A stretch of 64,000 bases of DNA from an uncultured bacterium (GCA_963805015.1 CAWDSL010000018.1:34852-98851), one strand, 5' to 3'; positions 19,970 through 35,811 are shown, counted from the first letter of the stretch. The notes: generated from the letters alone by a model not told the origin. Numbers and translations are program-made.

Positions 19970-21208
19970 GGACACGGGGCCCGTCGGCCGGCGGGTCCGG
20001 CCAGGCGATGCCCAGCGGCCCTTTTGACCACGGCCTTCGAGTCGGTGACGGGCGGCGGAAAGGGACGGCGTCCCTCCGCCCATTCGCTCCACTCGTCCAG
20101 CGTCCCTTCGAGGTCGCGGAGGGCGAGCTCGCCCGCCTGAATGGCCTCTCCGGCAGCGCCGATGAAGCGTCCGGCGTCGCTTTCCAGGGCCGCGAGCGGC
20201 CCTTCGACCTCGGCGGGCGGCCGGCCCCGGACGTAGTCGCCGCGGAAACTCGCGAGCAGGCCTTCGATGCGCCGGGCCGATTGCCAGATCTCGCGCATCC
20301 GCAGGCGGGCGAGCGCGGCCTCGACGAAGATCCCGGCCCGGAGCTTTTCGAATCCCGCCCGGTCCGCGCCGGGGCGGAGCCTCGGCCGCTTCCTGAAAGC
20401 TTCGAGCTTCGCGAGCGCCGCGTCGATCCGGCCCCACACCACGCCGAGATCGTTCGCGGCCCATTCGCAGTAAAGTCCGTGATAGGCGATCTCGGCCATG
20501 AAGGCCCGCAGCTCGTCCCATTGGACCGGCATCCGCCCTGCTTCGAAGTCGGCCCGGAGCCGGGCGACGACGGCGTCGTCCATCCCGGCGTGGATGCCCT
20601 CGTGCATGAGCCCGCCGGCGAGCATGGGATAATTCTCTTCCCGGAGCTTGCCGACGAATCCGGCGTAGACGGTTTCGCCCAGCGCCTTCCGGAGAGCGCC
20701 GTTGCCCGGAAGCGTCGAGGAAAAAGGGCTCCAGCCGTCCCATCTTTTCCCGGAAGGCCGCGGCTTCCCGGAGATCCGCCTGGCCGCGCATCCGGCCGTA
20801 TTCGCCGACGATGGCGCCGGCCGTGAAGGTCCGCCGGTTCTCGACGCAGAGCGTGAGGTAGGCGGACTCGTGGACCTCCATGAACAGCTTCCCGTCCGGG
20901 TCGAAGCCGTGGGTCATGAAGTGGGTCCCCGGGACGACGAAGTAGGTCTTGCCGGGGAAATAGCTTCGGGCCCGCTCCCAGGCGTCGCGGAAGCCTTCCG
21001 CGGCCCAGGCCTTCGCGGTGAATCCCGCCCGCATGGAGTAGAAGGGGGAGTCCAGGATGGTCCGGACGATCTCTCTTGCGGGATCAGCGGGGGGAAGGTC
21101 TTTGAAGAGGGTCCGTTCGAGCCCGCCAGGTCCGGCGAGCGATGCCGCCGCGCCCAGGCACAGCAGTACCGTGAGGACTCCCGCCGCCGGGCGGACGAAG
21201 CCCTTCAT
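19964..21208 (-). CDS. Exported hypothetical protein with HExxH zincin motif (frameshifted)
   Basis: Signal peptide MKGFVRPAAGVLTVLLCLGAAASLA; second frame carries LMHEGIHAG (20590-20604) and DELRAFMAE. Confidence 0.6.
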   Translation of the reverse strand: MKGFVRPAAGVLTVLLCLGAAASLAGPGGLERTLFKDLPPADPAREIVRTILDSPFYSMRAGFTAKAWAAEGFRDAWERARSYFPGKTYFVVPGTHFMTHGFDPDGKLFMEVHESAYLTLCVENRRTFTAGAIVGEYGRMRGQADLREAAAFREKMGRLEPFFLDASGQRRSPEGAGRNRLRRIRRQAPGRELSHARRRAHARGHPRRDGRRRRRPAPGRLRSRADAGPMGRAAGLHGRDRLSRTLLRMGRERSRRGVGPDRRGAREARSFQEAAEAPPRRGPGGIRKAPGRDLRRGRARPPADARDLAIGPAHRRPAREFPRRLRPGPAARRGRRAARGPGKRRRTLHRRCRRGHSGGRARPPRPRRDAGRVERMGGGTPSLSAARHRLEGRGQKGRWASPGRTRRPTGPVSL

Positions 21209-21300
21209 CGGACCCTCATCGGATGACACCGGCCGCGGAGAAGGCCCCTGCGCGGGGTTTCGGGCCGGAGGAGAATGATCCCGTCCGTCGGAGAACGGCC

Positions 21301-21495
21301 TCAGCTCGCTTCCTGTTCGGGATCGTCCGGGCTGGGCGGAGCGGCGGGCGCCTCGTCGGCCGAGAAGACTTCGGGTTCCCCGTCGGGATTTTCCAACTTG
21401 GCCAGCTTCCGCTGCCGCTTTTCTTCCTGTTTCTTCAGACGCCTGAGCTCTTTGGTTCTTTTTTCGCTCTTGAATGCTCTGTTACCTCTAGCCAC
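21301..21495 (-). CDS. Small protein with basic N-half and acidic C-half (64 aa)
   Basis: GAGGAGG RBS, GTG start at 21495; own promoter TTGAAC-N17-TATGAT; MARGNRAFKSEKRTKELRRLKKQEEKRQRKLAKLE plus acidic/Pro tail. Confidence 0.7.
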   Translation of the reverse strand: MARGNRAFKSEKRTKELRRLKKQEEKRQRKLAKLENPDGEPEVFSADEAPAAPPSPDDPEQEAS

Positions 21496-21605
21496 CAGAC
21501 CTCCTCGTTCCGGATTTCGGCCCTTATCATACAGAGAAAGGGTTCGGCGTTCAAGCGGTCCGCGACAGTCCTCCGGACCGCCCCTACCACCGCCCGAGCC
21601 GTCTC

Positions 21606-21620
21606 TGTTATAATCCGGCC
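21606..21620 (+). promoter_or_regulatory. Extended -10 promoter giving a leaderless mRNA
   Basis: TGT-TATAAT (21609-21614), 6 nt, then ATG 21621; no SD. Confidence 0.7.
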
Positions 21621-26603
<4,983 letters not shown>

Positions 26604-26613
26604 GACATCGCAG

Positions 26614-26639
26614 TGAAACATCAGGGCGGCCGCCGCGTA
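26614..26639 (+). promoter_or_regulatory. ECF sigma promoter (TGAAAC-N16-CGTA), likely autoregulatory
   Basis: Exact match to the SigW-type consensus at the head of an operon that encodes an ECF sigma factor. Confidence 0.75.
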
Positions 26640-26676
26640 TGACAGGGCGTAGGAATAAGCTTCAAAGGAGTCACCG

Positions 26677-27603
26677 ATGCACAAGAAAGCCACCCTGGTC
26701 GCCGCGGTCCTGATCGTCCTGGCCCTGTTCCTGGCCGTTCCGGCCTGGCCCGGGACGATCCCCGCCTCGCTCGTCCCCGAGGGCGCCCGCTGGATCGCCC
26801 ACCTCGACATGGAGAAATTCGTCGCCACCGACCTCTACGGATATCTCGAGAAGGACGGCAAGTTCCAGATCAAGAGCCGCGACCTCGACCGCTGGCTCAA
26901 GATCGATGTGCCCAGGGACATCACGGGCGTGACCGTGTTCGGCCTGGGGACCGGCGATGAGCGAGATCGTCTTCGCCGTCTCCGGGAAATTCGACAAGGC
27001 GGGCATCCTGGCCTTGGTCGCGCTCGACAAGGAGCACCAGGAAACGCCCTACGGCGCCTACACCCTCTACTCGACCGGGAGCGACGAGTACGGCGCGTTC
27101 GTCAACGACAATCTCCTCGTCTTCTCCGAGGGCCGCGCGGCGATCGAGAAGGTCCTCGACGCGGCTGGCGGGCAAGACCAAGTCCTTCGTCGGCTCCAAG
27201 CTTGCCGCGTCGCTCAAGGAGGTGCCTGCGGGGGCCTTCCTCAGCGGCGTCGTCGAGGACCTGTCCGGCCTGGGCAAGGAGATCAACCAGTCCAAGCTCG
27301 TCGAGAAGGCCTCGGGCCTCTTCTTCCTGGCCCAGGAAAAGCAGTCCCGGCTCCAGCTCCGGCTCCAGATGACCGCCGATTCCCCGGAGAACGCCAAGAA
27401 CATCGCCGACCTCGTCCAGGGCGTCATGGCCCTCGGCCGGATGAGCGGGGGTGAGGGCGACATGGCCGACGTCGCGGCCCTCGTCGACGGGCTCCAGGTC
27501 AAGCTCGACGGCAAGACCGTCCGCCTGGAGTTCGATGGGGCTTCGCAGGACGTCGCCAAGCTGCTGTCGCAGCCGCCACGGCTTCCCGCACCTGCTGGAC
27601 TGA
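26677..27603 (+). CDS. Exported hypothetical protein, first gene of the ECF operon (frameshifted)
   Basis: AAGGAG RBS; signal peptide; VPEGARWIAHLDMEKF; continues through ORFs 26957 and 27222. Confidence 0.7.
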
Positions 27604-27619
27604 CGATCCGGAGAGCGCG

Positions 27620-28205
27620 ATGAAGACCGACGAGGAGCTGGCCCGCGAGGCGCGGGCCGGCTCGCGTCCGGCCTTCGAGGAGCTGGCGCTTCGCTACAAG
27701 CGCCGGCTCTTCGTCTATCTCCGGCCCCGCCTCGGGAGCGACCAGGACACCGAGGACATGGTCCAGGAGACGTTCCTCAAGCTCTACCGCAACATCGACC
27801 GGTACGATCCCGCATTACCGGTTCTCGACCTGGCTCTACACCTCGGCGACCCGCCTGACCATCAGCTCCTACCGGAAGAAAAGGATCGCCGCCGTGTCGC
27901 TCCGGGCCGAGGAGGCCGGCGGTGTCGCCGATCCGGCGGCCGGGCCGGCGGCGGGGACGGATACGACTGGGCTGTGGGACTCCGCCAGGGCTCTCGCGGA
28001 GAGCCAGTTCCGCGTCCTGTGGCTCCGCTACGGGGAGGACATGGAGGTCGCGGAGATCGCCCGGGCCGTCGGCAAAAGCCGGGTCGCCGTGAGCCTGCTC
28101 CTCCACCGGGCCCGGACGAACCTGATGAAGAGGACCGGCGCCGCGCCCGCCGGGGCGATGGCGGCCGCCAAGCCCGCGGCGGCAGGCGGACCGACGGCCG
28201 GATGA
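27620..28205 (+). CDS. ECF RNA polymerase sigma factor (frameshift near 27815)
   Basis: TDEELAREARAGSRPAFEEL; EDMVQETFLKLYRNIDRYD; region 4 LWLRYGEDMEVAEIARAVGKS...LHRAR. Confidence 0.9.
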
Positions 28206-28222
28206 AGAAAGGGAGAACGACC

Positions 28223-28778
28223 ATGCTGTGCCATCTCACGCGCAGAGCGATCTCGGGGGCAGAGGACCGGAAGAAGGCGCTGCCGCGCTGGGCCGGACGC
28301 CACATCGGCCGCTGCGAAGCCTGCCGCGAGTACGCGCGGTTCGCGGACTCCCTCGAAACCCGGCTGGCCGGCGACCGCGCCGCCTTCCTGGCGGCGGTCC
28401 CCGAATTCCCCTTGAAAGAAGCCGCTTGGGACAAAGCGGGGACTCGAGCGGAAAGAGCGGATCCCCCTCGGCCGGCGGCTCGTCCTTCATCCCTTCCCGG
28501 CGGCCGCGGGAATTCTCGCCGTCGCGGCCGCGGCGTTCCTCGTCCTCCGGGTCGTTCCCCGCGAGCCGGTGCTCACCGCCGCCGACCGGGCGGCCGCCCG
28601 GGCCGCTTTCAAGTCCATCGTCGCTGCGCCGGACGGTTTCCGCGGTGCCCTCACCGAAGCGGAATCGTCCCTCGAAAAGGAAAAACGCATCTGGGAGAGC
28701 TCGGTCGTCTCGGCGGTCGAGTATCTTCAGGCCCGCCTCAACATCAGGATCGAGCGCCGGGACCCGCCGGCAGCATAG
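28223..28778 (+). CDS. Zinc-binding (ZAS) membrane anti-sigma factor (frameshifted)
   Basis: MLC...HIGRCEACREY (HxxxCxxC); TM segment AAAGILAVAAAAFLVL; directly after the ECF sigma gene. Confidence 0.8.
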
Positions 28779-28848
28779 GACCTTTACAGTTTTCATAGGA
28801 TCTCCCCCGGTCTCCCGTTAATCATAGGCGATCCGAGGATACTGAAGC

Positions 28849-28864
28849 AGCAAGCTCCATGCCA
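28849..28864 (-). promoter_or_regulatory. sigma54 (-24/-12) promoter-like sequence
   Basis: Minus strand TGGCATGGAGCTTGCT versus consensus TGGCACG-N4-TTGCW; lies within the IR GAAGCAGC (28844-28851) / GCTGCTTC (28866-28873). Confidence 0.45.
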
Positions 28865-28912
28865 GGCTGCTTCGCTTTTAGGAGCCGCTTTCCGAGCCGG
28901 CCCTGGAACCGC

Positions 28913-29624
28913 TTACCGCCGCGTCTGGAGCTTGTCCGACAGCTCCCCCATGAGCTCGGTCTGGATCTCCTGGATCTCGAGGAGCCGCTGCCACTGCTTG
29001 AAGATGAGATGGTCGATCTTTTCGTGGAGGCTGCGGATCTCGATCTCGGCCTTGAGGTTGATCTGGTAGTCGTGCTGGGCCCGCAGCCGGTCCTTGGCCT
29101 CCTGCCGGTTCTGGCTCATCATGATGACCGGCGCCTGGAGCGCGGCGAGACAGGAGAGGACGAGGTTGAGGAGGATGAATGGGAAGGGATCGAAGCGACG
29201 GGCTGATGAGGATGTAGGAATTCAGGATGATCCAGCCGAAAAGGACGCTCATGAAGATGATGATGAACTTCCAGCTGCCGCCGAACGCGGCCAGCCGGTC
29301 GGCGAGGCGCTGGCCCAGCGTCCGCTTTTCCTCGAACTCCATGTTGACGTTCCGCGTCAGGACCTCTCCTTCGCGCAGGCTCTCGATGACCTCGGCCTCG
29401 ATCACGGACAGGTCGCCCTTTTCGGATTCCAGGACGCCCTGGACGTACTGCGCCCGGTAGCGGTTGAGGTCGTCCCGGCAGATCGTTCTCTCCGGGGTCC
29501 AATCCGGGTGGTCCTTGATGATGAGCGCGGCGATGGCCGATCGGACGGCCTGGCCGGAGACGACCTCGTCGGAATCCTTGGCGAGCCCGCACACCCCGCA
29601 AATGATCGTCTTTGCTTCGCCCAT
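28913..29624 (-). CDS. DUF1003 domain membrane protein (frameshift near 29190)
   Basis: TLGQRLADRLAAFGGSWKFI; IMMSQNRQEAKDR; DYQINLKAEIEIRSLHEKIDHL; AAGGAGG RBS. Confidence 0.9.
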
Positions 29625-29752
29625 GGCCCCTCCTTCGCCGGAACTATAGCGTTTCTTCGGTCGGGGGGTCAACTGCGGGGAACCGGGAAACGGGACATGG
29701 ACGGAGGATGGCGCCTCGCGAGGAGCCGGCCCGGTCTCAGGAACGCGGGGAT

Positions 29753-30378
29753 CTAGAGGCGCCGGCGGGTCGGGCGGAAGTCCCAGGTCAGGCGGAAGGC
29801 GATATCCCTGAGCACTTCGTCCATGGCCGTGTTCTTGTCCCGGATGGAGAAGACCGGAACGCCGTTGTCCACGCCGACCGCGCCGACCGTCCCCTGGCGG
29901 ATGGCGGAGTCGGTCCACAGGGTCGCGCCGTTCGCGGTGGAGACCAGGCGGACCTTCATGGAAATGTCGAACGCCGTTCGGGCGAACAGGATCTTGGACA
30001 GGGGAGCGGCCAGGTCGATCTGGGGCTTGACCTTGGTCACCTCGATCTCGCCGACGAAGAAGGCGTCGACCCCGTACTTCTCGCCGATGGCCAGGACGGC
30101 TTCGCGGTCGAACGCGGTCATGCCGATATCGGCCAGGACCGTCTCGGCCGTGCCGAACTCGACGACCGGCACGCGCTGGGCCGCCGTGACCTCCTGCGAG
30201 GAAGTATTGCGTCGCGACGACGTCGAGATCGCCCTTGACGTCTGTCGGCCTTGAGGGTGACGAGGCCGATCGTGTCTCGAGCGCGGCCAGATCGATGGCC
30301 GGCGGGACGATGGTGTATTTGAGCGCAGCCGGCGACGGCGAAGAGGATGGCGAGGGGAGCGAAGGGCTTCATTCTCAT
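29753..30378 (-). CDS. Lipoprotein, CsgG/LpoB-like fold (frameshifted)
   Basis: AAGGAG RBS; lipobox FAVAGC; IGEKYGVDAFFVGEI and VRLVSTANGATLW pattern. Confidence 0.6.
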
Positions 30379-30457
30379 GGACGGTCTCCTTGACGGAAGC
30401 CGGCCCGAACCGGGCGTTTCTTTGAATTTAGTCGGACGAGCCTCGCCGTTTCCTTGC

Positions 30458-31815
30458 TTATCTGATCAGATGGAACGCCGTCTGGCGGCCGGCCAGGAAG
30501 AAGGCCTGCGCCCCGTCGAAGAGGATGTCCTGCTCGAGCGGCACGCGGAAATCGACGCCCCATTCCGGCACGGGCCCGGTGACGCTCAGCTCGCACACGA
30601 ACGTGCTCATCGGCACGAGCTTGACGTCGCCGCGGCCGGCGTTGTTGACCTGCTCCCAGGGCAGGCCGATGAGCGGGCCCGGGCTCGTGGAGGAAGTAGC
30701 CGAGCGAGTGGGAGTAGACGCGCGGGCCGGGGATGCCGCAGCTCGCGGGCCTTCCTGAGGACGTTGCCGAGGATCTCGTTGCCGGTGAGCCCGGTCTTGA
30801 ACTCCCCGACGTAGACGTCCTGGAGCCGGTTGCACTCGGCCATGAGCTTCTTGAAGGTCTCCGGCGCGTCCGTCTCGCCGGGCCGCAGGACGTAGGCCAT
30901 CTCCTGGTGGTCGGAATTCCAGCGCATGTATTTGAGGCCGACGTCGCAGTGGAGGAGGTCGCCGGGCCGGACGACCTTGTCGTCCTTGCCCCACTTCTCG
31001 ACGTCCTTGGGCGACCGGCCGCGGATCGAGACGAAGGGGGAGAAGGACACCCGCAGGCCGAGGTCGTGGACGCGCTGCCAGTAGTACCAGCGCAGGTCGT
31101 CGGCCGTCGTCTGCCCGACCGTGATCGACCTTGGCCGAGAACATGTCGGCGATGATGGACCGGGACAGGGCCGCGGCCCGCTCCATGTATTCGACCTCCT
31201 CGTCGAGCAGGGTCTCGGCCCAGAGCGTGACCAGCGGTTCGGCCGACTGGAGCCGCGCCGCGTACTTCGGGCCGACCGCTTCGACGATCCTCTTCTTGAG
31301 GACCGAGGTCAGCGCCCCGGCCGCCCACTGGATCTCGCCCTCGTTGAGGCCGATCCGCTTCGGGTCGCGCTCGCGGACGACGCGGCCGAGGGCCTCCCAT
31401 TGGCTCTCGCCCTTCTTCTGGTCGAAGGCCCCGGCGTCCCAGGCGTTCTTGAACAGGCCCTGGGTGTCGGTGCGCGAGACGTTCAGGCGCTCGATGCCCT
31501 TGGCCGGTCCCCGCGTCGAAGAAGACCAGGATCTGGGTGATGGGATTCCAGTTCCCGAGGGGCACCATGGTCTCGAAGACGGGGTCGAGGTTGTCCTCGT
31601 TGCAGGAGACGATCCACATGTCGAAGCCGGTCTCGCGCATCAGCCGCGGCAGGAGCGTCTCGAGCCGTTTGGCGGTGATCTTGTAGACGAGATCCGCCTG
31701 TTGGCGGACGGAGAGGACGGCCGGCGGCCCGCCGTGCTGCGCCGGGGCAGGGGATGGGGCCAGTATCGCGAACGATGGACGCGGCGGCGAGGATGAGGAT
31801 GGCTTTCTTGACCAT
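30458..31815 (-). CDS. M24 family (Xaa-Pro) aminopeptidase, exported (frameshifted)
   Basis: MRETGFDMWIV, EDNLDPVF, PGDLLHCDVG, SDHQEMAY, YSHSLG...H, E...LEQD metal ligands. Confidence 0.88.
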
Positions 31816-31910
31816 GCGGACCTCCGTTCGTTCGAGGGCTTATCGTTCTATTTATCACTCGGCCGGCCGGACGGTCAAGGGCCGCCGGAGTCGGGGACCC
31901 GTTTTCCGGG

Positions 31911-31936
31911 GGAACCTATGCCGCGGGCGACGCGTA
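31911..31936 (+). promoter_or_regulatory. ECF-sigma-type promoter (GGAACC-N16-CGTA)
   Basis: GGAACC at 31911-31916, 16 nt, CGTA at 31933-31936, upstream of the M14 pair; a sigma70-like TTGATT-N17-GAGAAT follows at 31962-31990. Confidence 0.5.
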
Positions 31937-32027
31937 TATAGAGGAGAGCAGGACGTCCGCGTTGATTTCGCCCGCCCGATTTGCGAGAATGGCCTGCTGC
32001 GAACCCTCGGAACGGAGGTACCATCCC

Positions 32028-34056
32028 TTGACCCCTCGCCGCATCCCCATCCTTTTCGTCCTTTCCCTCTTGTGCGTCGCTCTCGGCCCCGTGGCCGCGG
32101 CCGAGCTCACCTTCGACCGCTACCACGGGCCCGAGGAGATCGCCGCGGCCCTGCAAGACCTGGCCCGGGCCAACCCCGGCTTCGCCAAGGCCCACGTCCT
32201 GGCCAAAAGCCCGGGCGGGCGCGACCTCGTCCTTCTCGAGGTCGGGCCGGAGACCGGCAAGTCCGCGAAGTCCCTGCCCGCCGTCTTCGTGGCGGCCGAC
32301 ATGGAAGGGACCGTCCCGCTCTCCGGCGAGGCGGCGCTCTACCTGGCCAAGCTCCTCTGCGCGAAGGCCGATATGCGCTCGGACCGGACCTGGTACATCC
32401 TGGCCTGCGGCGATCCGGACGCCGCGGCCGGCTATTTCGCCAAGCCCCTGCGCCTCGACGCGCGCAACGCGCGGCCCAGGAACGACGACCAGGACGACGC
32501 GACCGACGAGGACGGGCCCGACGACCTCGACGGCGACGGCCTCATCACCCGCATGCGGGTCAAGGACCCCGAGGGCGAATGGATCGCCGTCGCCGGCGAG
32601 CCCCGCCTCATGAAGCGGGCCGACTGGGCCAAGGGCGAGAAAGGCGTCTGGAAGCTCTATGCCGAGGGCCTCGACAACGACGGCGACGGCCAGATCAACG
32701 AGGACGGGCCGGGCGGCGTCGACGTCGGCACCGCCTTCCCCCACCTCTTCAAATACCACGCGCCCGACGGCGGGCCCTGGCCCGGCAGCGAGCCGGAGAC
32801 CTTCGCCCTGCTCCAAGTTCTTCGACAAGCACCGCGAGATCGGGCTCGTCTTCGTCTTCGGCGAGTCGAGCTACTGCCTCAATCCGCCGCGGGCCGGCCG
32901 CAAGGGCGACGCCGACTTCAACAACATCAAGGTCCCCGAGCGCGTGGCCGGCTTCATCAACGCCGATCCCACCCGGACCTACACCATGGCCGAGATCATC
33001 GAGCTGGTCAAGCCGCTCGTCCCGCCCGGCATGGAGGTCACCGAGGGCCTGGTCGCGGGCTTCCTCGAGCTCGGGGCGGTCGTCAATCCGCTCGAGGACG
33101 ACCTCAAGTTCTGGAAGGAGCTTTCCGAGGGCTACAAGGAGTTCCTCAAGGCCGCCAAGCTCGACGCCAAGCGCCTCGACCCGGCGCCCGACAAGGACGG
33201 CTCCCTGGAGCTTTACGCCTACTACCACCTCGGCCTGCCCTCCTTCGCCCTGGATTTTTGGACCCTGCCCGAGGTCAAGGAGGAGAAGCCGGCCGAAGAG
33301 CTCACGCCCGAGAAGCTCGAGAAGATGACCAACGACGAGTTCATCGCCCTGGGCGAGGAGAAGGTCGACGCCTTCCTCAAGGCCGCCGGCGCGCCCGACC
33401 AGTTCAAGGCCAAGCAGGTCTTCGAGGCCCTCAAGGGCGGCATGATGGACACAAAAAAGATGGCCGAAATGATGAAGCAGATGCCCAAGAAGCCGGCCGA
33501 AGGCGGGGCCGACCCCAAGGAGAAGGCCCTCGTCGCCTGGAGCGACAAGGAGCTCGGCGGCCAGGGCTTCGTCGCCTGGAAGCCGTTCAAGCACCCGACC
33601 CTCGGCGAGGTCGAGATCGGCGGCGCCGCGCCGTTCGTCGACAACACGCCGCCCGCGAAGATGATCGACGGCCTGCTCAAGGGCCAGGTGCCCTGGGTCT
33701 TCGAGGTCTCCAAGAAGATGGCCCGCATCGGGATCGCCGACGCCAAGGTCAAGAAGCTCGGCCCGGGGGTCTACGAGATCAAGGCCTGGATCGAGAACAA
33801 GGGCGGCCTGCCGTACCCGACGGCCATGGCCGGCCGCAATCAGCGGGTGCTGCCCGTCGTCGTCACGCTGGGCGGGCAGGGCTTCGACATCGTCGAAGGC
33901 AAGAAGCGCGCGCTCGTCCCGTCCGTCCCGGCCCACGGCGCCAAGCCCGTGACCTGGATCGTCCGGGCGGGGAAACCGGTCAAGATCGAGATCAAGGCGG
34001 AAACGCAGACCGCCTGGGGCGATTCCCGCTCCGTCGACCTGGGAGGTGTCAAGTGA
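32028..34056 (+). CDS. M14 carboxypeptidase-like protein lacking Zn ligands (frameshift near 32815)
   Basis: GGAGGT RBS plus TTG start; signal peptide; FDRYHGPEEI...KSPGGRDL fold start; HxxE replaced by DMEGT; acidic DxDxDG loops. Confidence 0.8.
32664..32707 (+). repeat. 44-bp direct repeat shared by the two M14 paralogs (second copy 34719-34762)
   Basis: GAGGGCCTCGACAACGACGGCGACGGCCAG(A/G)TCAACGAGGACGG, 43/44 identical; encodes EGLDNDGDGQ(I/V)NEDG. Confidence 0.85.
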
Positions 34057-35811
34057 AGAAGCTCGCCTGTTCCGTCCTGTTCGTCCTGCTCGCCGCGGCG
34101 ATCCTCCCGGCCCAGAAGGCCGAGATCACGGTCCCCCTGCGGTTCGACCAGTATTACACGCTCGACCAGGTCTATGACGCCCTCAAGGCCCTCAACAAGG
34201 CCTACCCGCAGCTGACGACGCTCGAGACCGCCGGGAAGAGCGACGAGGGCCGGCCCATCATGGTCATGACCGTGAACAACCCGAAGACCGGGGCCGCGCT
34301 GGACAAGCCCGGGATGTACGTCGACGGCAACATGCACGGCAACGAGATCCAGGGCGGGGACATCTCGCTCTACCTGCTCGATTTCCTCCTCGGCGGCTAC
34401 GGCAAGAACCCCGAGATCACGGCCCTCGTCGACAGGACCTGCTTCTACGTCGTCCCGGTCGTCAACGTCGACGGCCGGTTCCACTTCTTCGCCGACCCCA
34501 ACACGCCGAGCAGCAACCGCAGCCTGCGCATCCCGACCGACGACGACCGGGACGGGCTCTTCGACGAAGACCCGTCCGACGACCTCGACGGCGACGGCAA
34601 CCTCTGCACGATGCGCAAGAAGGACCCCTTCGGTCAATACAAGACCGACCCCGAGGACGCCCGCCTGATGGTCCGCATCAAGCCGGGGGAGAAGGGCGAG
34701 TGGACGATGCTCGGCGAGGAGGGCCTCGACAACGACGGCGACGGCCAGGTCAACGAGGACGGTGAAGGCTACGTCGATCCCAACCGCAATTGGGGCTTCG
34801 ACTGGGCCCCGCCCTACGTCCAGGGCGGCTCCGGGCGAGTATCCCTTCTCCGGCGTCGGGCTCAAGGGCCTGGCCGAGTGGACGATGACCAAGCCCAACA
34901 TCGTGTTCGCCTGGTCCTTCCACAACAACGGCGGCATGCTCCTGCGCGGCCCGAGCCGCAAGGGCCTCGGCGAGTATCCCGGCCCAGGACGTCGCCGTCT
35001 ACGACTTCCTCGGCAAGCAGGGCGAGCGCATCATCCCCGGCTACCGCTACATGATCTCCTGGAAGGACCTCTACACGACCTACGGCGACTCCGGCGAGTG
35101 GATCACGCAGGTCGTGGGCGCCTACTTCTACTGTGCCGAGGTCTTCCAGGGCGAGTCCGAGGCCTTCAAGGGCGTCTCGGAGCGGCCCGAGCCGGGCACG
35201 TCCCGCGAGGAGGCGGTGCGGGACATCTTCTCGGAGGGCATCTCCGACCGCGAGCGGCTCAAGTACAGCGACAACGTCGTCCAGGGCGAGCTCTACAAGC
35301 CCTGGAAAACCCTCAAGCACCCCGAGTACGGCGACGTCGAGGTCGGCGGCTGGGTCAAGATGAGCTCCCGGCTCGGGGCCCCGTTCATGATCAAGGACCT
35401 CGTCCACCGCAACGCCATGGCCGTCCTGTTCACGGCCAAGCACCTGCCCGAGGTTTCGCTCGAGGCGTTCGAGGTCAAGGCCCTCGGCGGCGGCCTCTAC
35501 CCGTGTGCGGACGCGCCTGGCCAATCCCAAGGCCATGCCGACGATGAGCTACTCTCGCCCAAAGGACCAATCTCTATCCCAAGGACATGCTGAAGGTGTC
35601 CGGGGCCAGGGTCGTGGCCGGCGGCCCGCTCCTCGATCCCTACCGCGACCAGGTCGCTTACAAGAAGGACCGGCCCGAGCTCCAGTTCACGGTCGTGCCC
35701 GGCTTCGGCAAGGTCGAGCACCAGTTCCTGGTCGAGGGCAAGGGCGAGATCAGGATCGAGTACGTCTCGCGGCACGGCGGCAAGATCGTCAAGACGGTCA
35801 AGCTCGACTAG
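34053..35811 (+). CDS. M14 zinc carboxypeptidase, exported (frameshifted)
   Basis: GTGA overlap with the upstream gene; DGNMHGNE, VVNVDG, DPNRNW, WSFHNNGG. Confidence 0.9.

Noticed and set aside
28774-28830. CATAGG x3 as a CsrA-titrating sRNA or mini-CRISPR
   Set aside because: Only two copies contain GGA, they are not in clear hairpin loops, and the repeats are far too short and irregular for a CRISPR array.
31962-35054. 1030-aa ORF as one double-domain peptidase
   Set aside because: The middle is out-of-frame Arg-rich text caused by the indel near 32815. The second gene has its own RBS (GGAGGT), GTG start and signal peptide.
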